Shown here: piece by piece, positions 8,656-17,411 of the stretch
Position numbering within the stretch: the first letter of the stretch is position 1
How the letters are laid out: each line of letters begins with the position of its first letter
Origin: a virus
Lineage: Duplodnaviria > Caudoviricetes
Virus record (IMG/VR): IMGVR_UViG_3300014205_000200
Coordinates: 25,162 to 89,161 of that record
DNA: 64,000 nucleotides
Strand: one strand, 5' to 3'
The notes under the pieces: model-generated
What the model saw: the letters and a program-made list of their open reading frames with translations, nothing else
The model's database searches: none
What the model was told of the DNA's origin: nothing
Position numbers and translations under genes: made by a program

Positions 8656-8892
8656 TTGATGGCTAAGCGGATGTACCTGATTCGGGTTGAAGTTGGCGAT
8701 ACGCCTCCGTCGGAGTGTGGGGCGTGCCCATGGTTGCATCACGAGATCGACTGGTCGGCGCACTGCGGCGTCTTGAAGCAGAAGGTAGCCAACGGCGAGC
8801 CCGGGCGGCTACCAACCGGCCCAAGGCTTCAAGAGTGTGTCGATTCAGAGTGGGCCTATCTTGAGCACGGCGGCGAGACGTCTGAGGTTTGA
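8656..8892 (+). CDS. small Cys-rich hypothetical protein
   Basis: AAGGAGG SD; CGAC, C, C; visibly lower GC. Confidence 0.55.
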   Translation: MMAKRMYLIRVEVGDTPPSECGACPWLHHEIDWSAHCGVLKQKVANGEPGRLPTGPRLQECVDSEWAYLEHGGETSEV

Positions 8893-8917
8893 TATTCGCC
8901 ACGATGAAGGAGGAGCG

Positions 8918-9139
8918 ATGGACACGCAAGCTCGGATAAACATCCTTTGGGGTGACAACCTGAACGACCTCAAGAGCACGCACCGAACGATGATGCACGT
9001 TCTTGATGCAATGATGGGCGAAATCCGCGAACTTCGGGCCGAGGTTGAGACCCTCAAGAAGTGCGGCCAGTCGTTCTCCCTTCATCGCGCGATCCTCATC
9101 TTCTCAACGGTTCTCAGTAGACCCCTAGCGCAGATCTAG
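8918..9139 (+). CDS. hypothetical protein
   Basis: AAGGAGG SD before ATG 8918. Confidence 0.5.
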   Translation: MDTQARINILWGDNLNDLKSTHRTMMHVLDAMMGEIRELRAEVETLKKCGQSFSLHRAILIFSTVLSRPLAQI

Positions 9140-9470
9140 GTCCCGCGTGCGCTGCGTTAGCGTGTGATTGCCGCTGAAACTGAAAGTCCACCGGAAGCCC
9201 CGTGACCGATGACAACCACATCGAGTAGGCAACGCACATCAGCGACCACCGGGTGGTGTCGACAGGGAACAACTGATCGAAATCCCCATCCTCAAGAATC
9301 AGTCGAACGTCGACGTCCCGGAATGTCCGGCGCTCCAGCGCCGACCCAACAAGGAAGCAACCAAGCCCCCCATGCGCGCGGTTGATCGTCGCGCAAGCCA
9401 GATCTAGGCTGAAGGCATTAGGGGCCGGCAGCCAATCCCTCCGCCAGGACGGCTTCTCTTCTTCACTCAT
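9114..9470 (-). CDS. minimal nucleotidyltransferase-like protein (only convincing minus-strand gene)
   Basis: FLVGS...RDVDVRLI fits the pol-beta superfamily hG[GS]x(n)DhDh pattern; GGAG SD on the minus strand. Confidence 0.55.
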   Translation of the reverse strand: MSEEEKPSWRRDWLPAPNAFSLDLACATINRAHGGLGCFLVGSALERRTFRDVDVRLILEDGDFDQLFPVDTTRWSLMCVAYSMWLSSVTGLPVDFQFQRQSHANAAHAGPRSALGVY

Positions 9471-9557
9471 GGCTAATCTCCAGTTCTCAACGGTCTCCCG
9501 TCATCCGTGCTCGCCGCTGTGCCCGCGCGGTCGGGTGCAGACCATGCTGAGAGGTCG

Positions 9558-9779
9558 ATGAAGAAGCAGATCTATCTGGTGACGAAGTGGACTCCGGTCT
9601 ACGAGAGCGTGGAGGCGGTGGCGGCCTTCGAGTTGAAGCGTCAGGCGGAGGTCCATCGAGACTTCCTGCGTGCCCAAGAGGAGAAGAAGAAGTCGATCAT
9701 CGACGTCGTGATCAACGTCGAGCCGGTCCCCTACACGCGGGCCCGGCCGTCGGTGGCGAAGAAGAAGCCGACCCGCTGA
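9558..9779 (+). CDS. small hypothetical protein
   Basis: GAGG SD before ATG 9558. Confidence 0.55.
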   Translation: MKKQIYLVTKWTPVYESVEAVAAFELKRQAEVHRDFLRAQEEKKKSIIDVVINVEPVPYTRARPSVAKKKPTR

Positions 9780-9797
9780 CGAGGGAAGATTCAGGGC

Positions 9798-10109
9798 ATG
9801 AAGCAATGCCGACTCTGCCCCTGGAAGGTCTCGACCGACCCGACCCAGATCCCCAACGGCTACTCGGAGACCGCCCACCGGGCACTCCGGAGTACGATCG
9901 CCTCCCAGGGGACGTCGTTCCCTCCCCTGCGGATGATGGCCTGCCACGAGACGCCCGTCGGGGCCGAACGGGCGTGCGCCGGCTGGGTCAACAACCAGCT
10001 GGGACCCGGGAACAACATCCCGCTCCGGCTGGCCGCCCTCCGGGGCCTGATCGAGCCCTTCGAGGTTGAGGGCCCGCAGCACGAGCGGTTCGAGGACACG
10101 CTCCCTTGA
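9798..10109 (+). CDS. Cys/His-rich hypothetical protein
   Basis: CRLCPW, MACH, CAGW; GGGAAGAT box 7 nt upstream. Confidence 0.6.
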   Translation: MKQCRLCPWKVSTDPTQIPNGYSETAHRALRSTIASQGTSFPPLRMMACHETPVGAERACAGWVNNQLGPGNNIPLRLAALRGLIEPFEVEGPQHERFEDTLP

Positions 10110-10306
10110 AGACCGAGGTCGGAGACCTGACGGAGCCGGAACGACTTGCGGATCTTGAGCACGCGATCGTGGTGGCGGCTCAGGCGTTGGTAGAGGTTCG
10201 GTTTACCGACGTTTCGGCGATCGAGGCCTACGGGGTGCTGTACCGAGCGGTGCAGGCCTACAACGCTTTCGTGGCCGAGATGAAGAAAGAGGGAGACGAT
10301 GCCTAA
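10106..10306 (+). CDS. small hypothetical protein
   Basis: overlapping start/stop. Confidence 0.45.
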   Translation: MKTEVGDLTEPERLADLEHAIVVAAQALVEVRFTDVSAIEAYGVLYRAVQAYNAFVAEMKKEGDDA

Positions 10307-10544
10307 GAAGCCGAGTGCCGAGACGGAGCTGAGGAGCCGGGCGAAGCAGAAGCCGTCGAATTGGAAGTCGTCCCCGGAGGCGACGGTGAGTGAGCCGCTC
10401 AAAGCCTGCCCGCACTGCGGTGACACGCGCGAAGGTTTCGGTTTTAATGTCCGCAAGGCCAAGTGCCAGGCCTGCGGAAAGCGGGTTCGGTTGGACGGAA
10501 CCGAGGCGGTAGCGACCCGTCGTGAAGGAGAAGATGAAGTCTAA
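10299..10544 (+). CDS. Zn-ribbon protein
   Basis: CPHCG...CQACG. Confidence 0.55.
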   Translation: MPKKPSAETELRSRAKQKPSNWKSSPEATVSEPLKACPHCGDTREGFGFNVRKAKCQACGKRVRLDGTEAVATRREGEDEV

Positions 10545-10746
10545 GACGGACGACCGGCAGGTTCGCCGAGTTTGCGGGCAGCACCATCTCCGGGGCTGCA
10601 CCAGCAAGACGCGCCAGACCTTGCGGTTGATGGATGCCCTCACAGGAGTCGTGCCGGCGACCATTCAACCGATCGACCTCCCGGGCGGCGAACGTTGGCG
10701 AGTTCTGTTGGTGGAGCTGAACGTCACGGACGTCGAGGAGGCTTGA
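10534..10746 (+). CDS. small hypothetical protein
   Basis: AAGGAG SD. Confidence 0.5.
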   Translation: MKSKTDDRQVRRVCGQHHLRGCTSKTRQTLRLMDALTGVVPATIQPIDLPGGERWRVLLVELNVTDVEEA

Positions 10747-10759
10747 TTCCGATATCCCC

Positions 10760-10788
10760 TTGCAGCAATCGAATGGGTCCGGTACCGT
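10760..10788 (+). promoter_or_regulatory. sigma70-type promoter for the packaging genes
   Basis: TTGCAG-N17-TACCGT, 9 nt before ATG 10798. Confidence 0.5.
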
Positions 10789-10797
10789 TTCGGCACT

Positions 10798-11787
10798 ATG
10801 GGAGACGATACAGCGCCCGATCCGAAGCGGCGCCGAGCTGGCCGGCCGATCGGTGGACGGAAGATCGATGACGCGCTCCGGGCCCGGATGGTGGCCCTCT
10901 ACCGGCTGACGCCCGGGAAGGCGACGCCGGTGTGGCGCGCGCTCAAGAGCGAGGGCATCGAGGTCTCGATGTCGACCGTCACCCGGATGTGGCTCGACGG
11001 CCAGCGCAACTATTCGGTGGAGCCGATCCGCGACCAGCTGCGGCGCGAGGGCCTGTGGGCCGATGACCCGACCGACAAGCTGGCGGCCCGGTTGGTCGTG
11101 AGCGAGCCGATGAAGGTCCGGAAGGGCCGACGCATCCGGCGGGCGGTGGTGCTGAAGCTCGGCGACGAGGAGAGGGAGCGGATCCAGGCCGAGCAGGCCC
11201 GGCTGGCGGTCGCTCAGGCGAAGGTCGACGCCGAACGGGCGGACCTGAAGGCCGAGCGCGAGGCTCTCGAGCCCTACCGGGAGGCGGCCGAGCGGGTCGT
11301 CGTCGACGCCGTGAAGGAGCGGAGCCGGGAGGCGTTGGTCGCCCGGTCGGCCGTCAACGTCGCGATGGGCCAGCTGGGCAACCTAGGGTTGGTCGGGCCG
11401 GCTATGAACGAGCTGGCGCGGTCGATCGGTCAGAAGATCGGCCAGCTGGCGGCGTCCGGTCAGGTGACGGTGGCGGATGGTCTGCGGTTGCTTGACCGCT
11501 ACGCGCAGACGACCTGGCGGATCCAGCAGATGGCCCACAAGGCGATGACGATGATGCGACTGCACCTCGGCGAGCCGGGGGAGATCGTCCAGATGGTGGC
11601 GCCGGTCGGGGCCGACGGCGTGACGGACGACGATCTGAATGCCTTGATCGAGGAGCTGGGGGTCGAGGGCCTCCAGCAGGCGATCGCCGATCTGGCGGCC
11701 GGGCGCGGGACCGAGCTGGCGACCAAGCTACTGAACCTTCAGTGGCAGCGCCAGGAAGGGGTGACCGGTAGACCGGAGATTCATTGA
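10798..11787 (+). CDS. probable terminase small subunit (HTH plus coiled coil)
   Basis: N-terminal HTH-like segment, long helical body, located just upstream of the TerL ATPase gene. Confidence 0.55.
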   Translation: MGDDTAPDPKRRRAGRPIGGRKIDDALRARMVALYRLTPGKATPVWRALKSEGIEVSMSTVTRMWLDGQRNYSVEPIRDQLRREGLWADDPTDKLAARLVVSEPMKVRKGRRIRRAVVLKLGDEERERIQAEQARLAVAQAKVDAERADLKAEREALEPYREAAERVVVDAVKERSREALVARSAVNVAMGQLGNLGLVGPAMNELARSIGQKIGQLAASGQVTVADGLRLLDRYAQTTWRIQQMAHKAMTMMRLHLGEPGEIVQMVAPVGADGVTDDDLNALIEELGVEGLQQAIADLAAGRGTELATKLLNLQWQRQEGVTGRPEIH

Positions 11788-11799
11788 AGGGAGGAGGCG

Positions 11800-11967
11800 A
11801 TGGAACGGACAGTTGAGCAGATCAGGTTGGAGCTGGAGGAAGCGGCCCTCCGGCACGCGATGGGTGGTGGGTCGGCAGACCTGGACCGCCTGGCGCGCGA
11901 GCTACTGACGCGGGTTCAGCAGGACGCCACGGGCGACCTGGTGTTCGAGGCCTTGGAGGCGGCGTGA
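11800..11967 (+). CDS. 55-aa hypothetical protein (not in ORF track)
   Basis: GGAGGAGG SD; stop overlaps the GTG of the next gene. Confidence 0.55.
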   Translation: MERTVEQIRLELEEAALRHAMGGGSADLDRLARELLTRVQQDATGDLVFEALEAA

Positions 11968-12857
11968 CGGCAGTCTTGAACGTGAACGATCTCGATACCG
12001 AGCGGCTCCGGGATCTCCGGCGGTCGCTCGGTATCGGGCTCAAGATGGGCCGACTCCGGATGACGACCAGCCACACGGCCTTCACCGAAGCGGTCGTGGC
12101 TGATGAGAAGGGTCGGCCGATCCGATCCGCCAGCATCCACCGGATCTGGGACGCTCACTTTGAAGCCTGCCGGGCGGCCGGGCTCTACTGCGCGATCGTC
12201 GCCCCCTTCGGCCACGGCAAGACGGTGCGGAACATCGTCAGCCGGGCCAGTTACGAGATCGGGCGGGACGTGAACCAACGGATTAAGCTCGTCAGCTCGG
12301 TCGACAACAACGCCAAGCACCGCGTGATGGCGGTCAGCAGCATCCTCAAGAAGGCGGCCTACCGTCGCCTTTACCCGCACGTGCGCGAGATGACGGCCAA
12401 GGAGGCGCGGACCAGCGGCGCCCCGAAGGAGTGGACGCAGCACAGCATCTACCTGAAGCGACCCGGCTTCTCGATCGACCCGACCCTCCAGGCGTTCGGC
12501 GTCCTCGGCTCGGGCGTCGGTGCCCGGTGCGACGGCTACTTCTTCGACGACGTGGTGGACTTCCGGAACACGCTCGAGAAGCCGGCCCTTCGGGAGAAGG
12601 TGATCGACGCGATCGACAACGTCTGGCTGTCGCGACTCGAGCCCTGGGGGTGGGTGATGTACGTCGGGACGCCCTGGCACGAGTCGGACGCGACCCACTG
12701 GATCCTGAAGCAGAAGGGCTGGTCGATCCTGTGGCAGAACATCAAATCCGACTTCAGCTGCATCGAGCAGAAGGTCTACAACCCTCCGCCCAACTACCCG
12801 ATCCCGGCCTACAGCCGGGTCGTTGGCGACTCGATCAAGAGCGAGCGTTGGGTCTGA
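11964..12857 (+). CDS. terL: terminase large subunit, N-terminal ATPase domain only
   Basis: Walker A APFGHGKT, Walker B GARCDGYFFDDVVD, coupling region VGTPWHESD; stops before any nuclease domain. Confidence 0.85.
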   Translation: MTAVLNVNDLDTERLRDLRRSLGIGLKMGRLRMTTSHTAFTEAVVADEKGRPIRSASIHRIWDAHFEACRAAGLYCAIVAPFGHGKTVRNIVSRASYEIGRDVNQRIKLVSSVDNNAKHRVMAVSSILKKAAYRRLYPHVREMTAKEARTSGAPKEWTQHSIYLKRPGFSIDPTLQAFGVLGSGVGARCDGYFFDDVVDFRNTLEKPALREKVIDAIDNVWLSRLEPWGWVMYVGTPWHESDATHWILKQKGWSILWQNIKSDFSCIEQKVYNPPPNYPIPAYSRVVGDSIKSERWV

Positions 12858-12883
12858 CGGCGAGGTGGTGGGCTGCTGACCTC

Positions 12884-12899
12884 GAGAACGCGCGTTCTC
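12884..12899. repeat. 16-bp palindrome copy 3, abutting a GGGAAGAT box
   Basis: exact match. Confidence 0.95.
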
Positions 12900-12915
12900 G
12901 GGGGAAGATGGGGGT

Positions 12916-13266
12916 ATGGAACGAGGATCGTGCCTGACGCTCACCGCCCTGGTTAAAGCCCTGGAGAAGTTCGACCCTGACCAGGTGGTGTCGGCCGGGT
13001 TCGGTTCCGCGGATTCGTATCGGGGCTATTACGAAGATCTCGCCTTTGCGCCCGGGCGCGAGACGACGGTTCGCCAGATGATGATGGTCGCCCGGGCGGC
13101 GGAAGGTCAGACCTTCGAGGCCTACAAGGGCGGAAGCTACCGGGCCACCGGGGAGACGCTCTGCTGGTTGGCCGACTGGGGTAAGTTGGGTGAGCCGCTC
13201 ACGTTGGAGCGACTCCTGTCGATGGTGCTCGGTCCGATCGTTCCGCCCGAGAAGTCGGAGGGTTGA
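12916..13266 (+). CDS. hypothetical phage protein
   Basis: SYRGYYEDLAF...YKGG; GGGAAGAT box 6 nt upstream. Confidence 0.65.
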   Translation: MERGSCLTLTALVKALEKFDPDQVVSAGFGSADSYRGYYEDLAFAPGRETTVRQMMMVARAAEGQTFEAYKGGSYRATGETLCWLADWGKLGEPLTLERLLSMVLGPIVPPEKSEG

Positions 13267-13268
13267 CG

Positions 13269-13592
13269 ATGGAGTCCGAATTCCAAACCGAGCGGGAGGC
13301 GGAGCGGACCAGCTATCGGGTCTCGACCGGCGACGTCATCCGTCGGGCCCTGATGGAGTTCTTTGCTCGCGAGGGTTGCCCGGTCTCAACCGAGCCCGGG
13401 CCCGACACCCCGATTCCGCGCGGCTACCCCGGGACGCCGGTTCCACGGCCGCCAGTTGTGTCCGTCCTGCCCGGGCGGGAGGAGCGATTGGAGGCGGAGC
13501 GTCGCCGGCTGATGGCGCTGGCGAACGACGATCCGGCCTTCGGGTGGGACTTGAAGCGAGTCGAACTGCAGCTGGCCAGTTTGGAGGAGTAG
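13269..13592 (+). CDS. hypothetical protein
   Basis: GGAGG upstream. Confidence 0.55.
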   Translation: MESEFQTEREAERTSYRVSTGDVIRRALMEFFAREGCPVSTEPGPDTPIPRGYPGTPVPRPPVVSVLPGREERLEAERRRLMALANDDPAFGWDLKRVELQLASLEE

Positions 13593-13594
13593 TC

Positions 13595-14017
13595 ATGACC
13601 GCAATCAACAGCCCTTCTGAGGTGTCGTCCGTCGACTACGGCCCGGTGCAGGCGCGCTACTGGGACGTGACCGACGAAGTGCTGACGACGATGGCGGACT
13701 GTCTGGGGGTTCGTTGGCCGGACGAAGAGGCGGCGACGATCCGCCACTACCTGGCCGCTACCTTTCAGGAGGTGACCCAGGGGAAGATGGGGGCGACCGA
13801 CAGCCAGGACCCCGGGCGTAGCGCCGACCGGGTCTGCCGTTGCTTCAGCCCGGGCGCCTCGGCCGGGGGTCAGTCACCGGGGCGACCTGAACCCAACGGG
13901 GGATCGATGAAGAAGGTTTGCGACGGCGGCCCGACGGTGGAGTTCGGATCCGGCGTGGCGACGATGGAGTGGTACGAGGCCCGGGCGTGCGAGTGGGCGC
14001 TGGACCGGGCGGGTTGA
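13595..14017 (+). CDS. hypothetical protein; boundary with the downstream HTH segment unclear
   Basis: GGAGGAG SD before ATG 13595; in frame with ATG 13907. Confidence 0.4.
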   Translation: MTAINSPSEVSSVDYGPVQARYWDVTDEVLTTMADCLGVRWPDEEAATIRHYLAATFQEVTQGKMGATDSQDPGRSADRVCRCFSPGASAGGQSPGRPEPNGGSMKKVCDGGPTVEFGSGVATMEWYEARACEWALDRAG

Positions 14018-14146
14018 AGCGTCCAGCGGGCGGCCCGGATGCTCAACATCGGGCGCGCGACCCTGTACCGCAACATTCGGCGGTACGGTTTGGAGCGGTT
14101 GGTGGTTCGCGTTCGTCCGGTTCCTTCGCCGGCCTCGGGTGAGTGA
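13907..14146 (+). pseudogene. Fis-type helix-turn-helix protein with an in-frame TGA at 14015-14017
   Basis: reads ...EARACEWALDRAG*SVQRAARMLNIGRATLYRNIRRYGLE in one frame. Confidence 0.65.
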
Positions 14147-14369
14147 CGATGCGGGCGTGACGGCCCGATCGCTCGTGCAGGCACTCCGTCGCATCCCGTC
14201 CGTCGTCGAGGTTCAGACCTTCGATCGCCCGGCCGGCGGAGTGGAGGTTCGGCTCTGGGTCTACGAGGGCCCGGGGCCGACCGACCTGTGGTTCGGCCAG
14301 CTGGCGGTCCGCCACCTTGGCCTCGAGCTGGCCAGCTTCGATCTCTACCGGATCCCCCGGGTGGACTAG
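14139..14369 (+). CDS. small hypothetical protein
   Basis: ORF filling the gap. Confidence 0.45.
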   Translation: MSDDAGVTARSLVQALRRIPSVVEVQTFDRPAGGVEVRLWVYEGPGPTDLWFGQLAVRHLGLELASFDLYRIPRVD

Positions 14370-14373
14370 GGCC

Positions 14374-14389
14374 GAGAACGCGCGTTCTT
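14374..14389. repeat. palindrome copy 4 (15/16) inside a larger inverted repeat
   Basis: GAGAACGCGCGTTCTT flanked by GTGGACTA (14361-14368) and TAGTCCAC (14393-14400). Confidence 0.9.
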
Positions 14390-14425
14390 GTTTAGTCCAC
14401 CCGTCCGAAGGGAAGATGGGTGCCG

Positions 14426-14665
14426 ATGAGCAGCCCCGACGACGAGAAGGTCAACCACCCACCGCACTACGGCGGCGACACCACCTACGAGGTGATCAAG
14501 GTCCTGGACGCCTGGCAGATTGGGTTCACGCTCGGCAACGTGGTCAAGTACGTCGCCCGGGCGGGGAAGAAGGGCGACGAGTCATCGTTGGTCGATCTCA
14601 AGAAGGCGGCCTGGTACCTGGCGCACGAGATCGAACGACGGGAGAAGGCCGAAGCTGGTCGGTGA
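14426..14665 (+). CDS. DUF3310-like phage protein
   Basis: VNHPPHY, FTLGNVVKYVARAGKK, DLKKAAWYL. Confidence 0.85.
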   Translation: MSSPDDEKVNHPPHYGGDTTYEVIKVLDAWQIGFTLGNVVKYVARAGKKGDESSLVDLKKAAWYLAHEIERREKAEAGR

Positions 14666-15282
14666 TGGACCATCGCCGCTACCGGCCGCCCTTCTGGAAA
14701 TCCAAGGACCGGGGCCCGAACGGCCGTCGGCTGTGCCGCCAGTGCGGGACCGAGGTACCGAAGGGCCGGCAGACCTGGTGTAGTAAGGCGTGCGTCGACC
14801 ACTACACCGACCGGACGCCGGCCGGGTTCCGGAAGGCCGTCCTGGACGCCTCGGACGGCCGGTGTGCGCTGTGCGGGTGGGATGTCCGCTGGTTGATTGC
14901 GCGGTACGATCGGATCCTGAGGCGTCAGTCGCGGCTCGTCGGCCGGTGGTTCGATCGGGAGCAGGCGGCTCTCCGGCGGGCCCTCCGCCATCCGGGCCGC
15001 CGTCACCGCCCTCGGTCGTACCCCCGGCGGTGGTTGGGCTCGTGGTTGAGGGGGTGGCTCGCCCGACGGGGCGTCGACCTGTCGCGGTCGCTCCTGGAGG
15101 CCGACCACACGGTCCCGCTGATCGAGGGCGGGGACTTCGGTACCGCCAACGGTCGGGCGCTCTGCCGGCCCTGCCACAAGGCCCAGACGGCCGATCTGGC
15201 GAAGCGTCGGGCGGTCGGGCGGACGAGGCCCCGGCGGGTGCGCTCCTGGGGGGCGGGGCAGGGGGGAAGATCGAATCCATGA
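14665..15282 (+). CDS. HNH endonuclease
   Basis: CRQC, CSKAC, CALC, EADHTVPLIEGG, NGRALCRPCHKAQT. Confidence 0.85.
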   Translation: MDHRRYRPPFWKSKDRGPNGRRLCRQCGTEVPKGRQTWCSKACVDHYTDRTPAGFRKAVLDASDGRCALCGWDVRWLIARYDRILRRQSRLVGRWFDREQAALRRALRHPGRRHRPRSYPRRWLGSWLRGWLARRGVDLSRSLLEADHTVPLIEGGDFGTANGRALCRPCHKAQTADLAKRRAVGRTRPRRVRSWGAGQGGRSNP

Positions 15283-15494
15283 AGGCGATCAAAGGTATTC
15301 AGGTGGACGTCTACCCCGACCGGAGCGCGACCGGTTGGAACTTCCTGGTTCAGCGCGAGGCCCCGACGCCGGAGGGCGAGCCTCACCTGAGCATGAGCGG
15401 GCACGCGGTCGAGCGGGCTCACGCGCTCGCGATGGCGGAGCGGATGGCGAAGGTGCTACGACTTGAGCTACGGGGCTTCGGGGTGAAGCTGTGA
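15279..15494 (+). CDS. small hypothetical protein
   Basis: GGGAAGAT box 7 nt upstream. Confidence 0.55.
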   Translation: MKAIKGIQVDVYPDRSATGWNFLVQREAPTPEGEPHLSMSGHAVERAHALAMAERMAKVLRLELRGFGVKL

Positions 15495-16063
15495 TGGAGC
15501 CGCTCGACCGGCTGAAGGACATGATCTCCCGAGTGGGCTTCAGGGACCTGGTGTTGAGCGAGGGAAAGAAGGCGCATCAGGGTGTCCGGTTCTCAACCGA
15601 CGACGACGGGCCGGGGATCGTGGTCTCGGCGGCGGGAACTCGTTCCGTCGGTGGTGAGATCCCGGAAGGGATCTGCGTCGTCGACGTGGACTACGCTCTC
15701 TTTTGGCCCGAGCAGTGGGGCCTGCTGTCGGCCCGCAAGCTCGAGACGCTGACGGTCCAGAGCCCTCACGGGATTCATCTCTACTACCAGCTCCCCGAGC
15801 CGGCGAAGCGCATGTTCCCCTACCGGGTCGTCGATCTGATGAACAGCCGGCTCGTGATGGGGACCGGGGGTGTGGTGCAGTCGGGCGGTGGCCCGACGAA
15901 GCGGTCGGTCGACTTCCTGGGGGTGGGGTGGATCGTCATTCCGCCATCGCCCGGCTACATCCTCGTCAACCCGAGCCCGATCGCCCGGCTACCGCTCCCG
16001 ATCGCCCGGTCGGTGTTGGGGGCCTTCTGGGACGATCGGGGAGCGTCGATGTGGTGGCGGTGA
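15491..16063 (+). CDS. stand-alone Prim-Pol (bifunctional primase/polymerase N-terminal) domain protein
   Basis: CVVDVD, TVQSPHGIHLYY, VDFLGVGWIVIPPSPGY, IARLP. Confidence 0.7.
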   Translation: MMEPLDRLKDMISRVGFRDLVLSEGKKAHQGVRFSTDDDGPGIVVSAAGTRSVGGEIPEGICVVDVDYALFWPEQWGLLSARKLETLTVQSPHGIHLYYQLPEPAKRMFPYRVVDLMNSRLVMGTGGVVQSGGGPTKRSVDFLGVGWIVIPPSPGYILVNPSPIARLPLPIARSVLGAFWDDRGASMWWR

Positions 16064-16377
16064 CGGCCTTCCGGATCGTCGCCCTGGCGGCCATCTTCAG
16101 CTACGCTCTGTGGGCGTTGCTGAGGTGATGGTTGCCGTCGATACGATCCACCCCGACCTGTCGCCGCCTTCGCCGTCGTCGCATCCGGACGATGGAGAAG
16201 GACCCCTGGTCGGGCGTCTACCAGCCGGGCGACTGGCGGTGGACGACCGAGCGATGTGGCGCCATGGTGGACGAAGCCGGACAGGAGTGCCCGGCCTGCG
16301 CGGTCGGCCTTCAGACGGACGATGACCAACTGATCCCCGAGATCGACCCGACCGGGTAGCGGGGGGAAGATGGTCCC

Positions 16378-16596
16378 GTGATGGAACCAGAGTCCCCCTG
16401 TCTGCATTGTGGCCAGCTGTTGGCCGGGCTGGCGCTCGTGCGCGAGTGCCCGATCTGCGCGATGGTGGGCTTGTGCCGGGCCTGCCTGGAGGAGCACGAG
16501 GGCGACTGCCAGGTGGGGGACGATCCCGACGTAGCGGTCGATCCCGGGCCCGACGGCGCGGACGAGCTGGACCACGACATCTGGGAGGTCGAATGA
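16378..16596 (+). CDS. small Cys-rich acidic protein
   Basis: CLHC, CPIC, CRAC; GGGAAGAT box 6 nt upstream. Confidence 0.55.
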   Translation: MMEPESPCLHCGQLLAGLALVRECPICAMVGLCRACLEEHEGDCQVGDDPDVAVDPGPDGADELDHDIWEVE

Positions 16597-16805
16597 TCGA
16601 CCCTGAAGCGCAGGAAGCGTGGGACCGCCAGGTCGCCCACATGAAGTCGGTCGGCCAGTTGGATCCGTGCCCGGATGGGTCCTACTTCTGGCACGTAAGC
16701 GGCCAGGTGTGGCACGTGAAACCTTCTCTAAGCCTGAAGACGATCGTCTGGCATCTTCATCGGTCGGCGGTCGAACCGACGCAAGAAGGTGGCTTGCAAC
16801 CGTAA
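16593..16805 (+). CDS. small hypothetical protein
   Basis: GGAGG SD, ATGA overlap. Confidence 0.5.
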   Translation: MIDPEAQEAWDRQVAHMKSVGQLDPCPDGSYFWHVSGQVWHVKPSLSLKTIVWHLHRSAVEPTQEGGLQP

Positions 16806-16829
16806 CGTTCTGCCCTTCATTCTCGGTGC

Positions 16830-17360
16830 ATGACGGAGGACATCCGCCCCCCGCCGTTGACGCCCGTCGAGGAGGCGGCGATGGATCCGCGTGCTCGGTT
16901 CCGTTTGATCGAGCAGCGCCACCAGCAGGTCTTCCGGTCCCACTCGGGCGGTCCGGAGGCGGTCCTGGCCGCCTACCACTACGCGACGATGTACTTCCTG
17001 CGCGACACCGGCTTCCTGCTGGCCGAGTTGAAGCGGGCCTGGCAGGCGTTGGATCTGAAGGCACCGGCCGGGTCGCGGGAGGCGCCGAGTGCCCCGGTCT
17101 ACGTTCAGGGTCCGGTGCCGGTCCTGCCTCCTAGGCCTCATCAACCCAGCCAGCCGGTCCCGACGATGAAGCGGCCGGTCTCGGGGCCGACTCCGCCGCC
17201 GCCCCGGTACCCGCCCCCGCTGCCGGTCGATTCGGAGCTGATCAGCCGCATCAGCCAGGCGGTCGCGCGGGAGATCACCGGGCACCGGCAGATCGAGAGC
17301 GACGACGTGGATGAGCTGTTCCGCGAGCTTCAGGGGCCGGACCCGTCCGACGTGGAATGA
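16830..17360 (+). CDS. proline-rich hypothetical protein
   Basis: 176-aa ORF with a Pro-rich linker. Confidence 0.55.
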   Translation: MTEDIRPPPLTPVEEAAMDPRARFRLIEQRHQQVFRSHSGGPEAVLAAYHYATMYFLRDTGFLLAELKRAWQALDLKAPAGSREAPSAPVYVQGPVPVLPPRPHQPSQPVPTMKRPVSGPTPPPPRYPPPLPVDSELISRISQAVAREITGHRQIESDDVDELFRELQGPDPSDVE

Positions 17361-17374
17361 GAACGCGCGTTCTC
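17359..17374. repeat. 16-bp palindrome copy 5, abutting a GGGAAGAT box
   Basis: exact match overlapping the TGA. Confidence 0.95.
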
Positions 17375-17411
17375 GGGGGAAGATGGCGTCGATGTTGTTA
17401 GAGGGAGTCGG

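Noticed and set aside
14015-14017. Genome-wide TGA recoding
   Set aside because: Many genes end in TGA with ATGA/GTGA/TGATG coupling at sensible protein ends; only one in-frame case was found.
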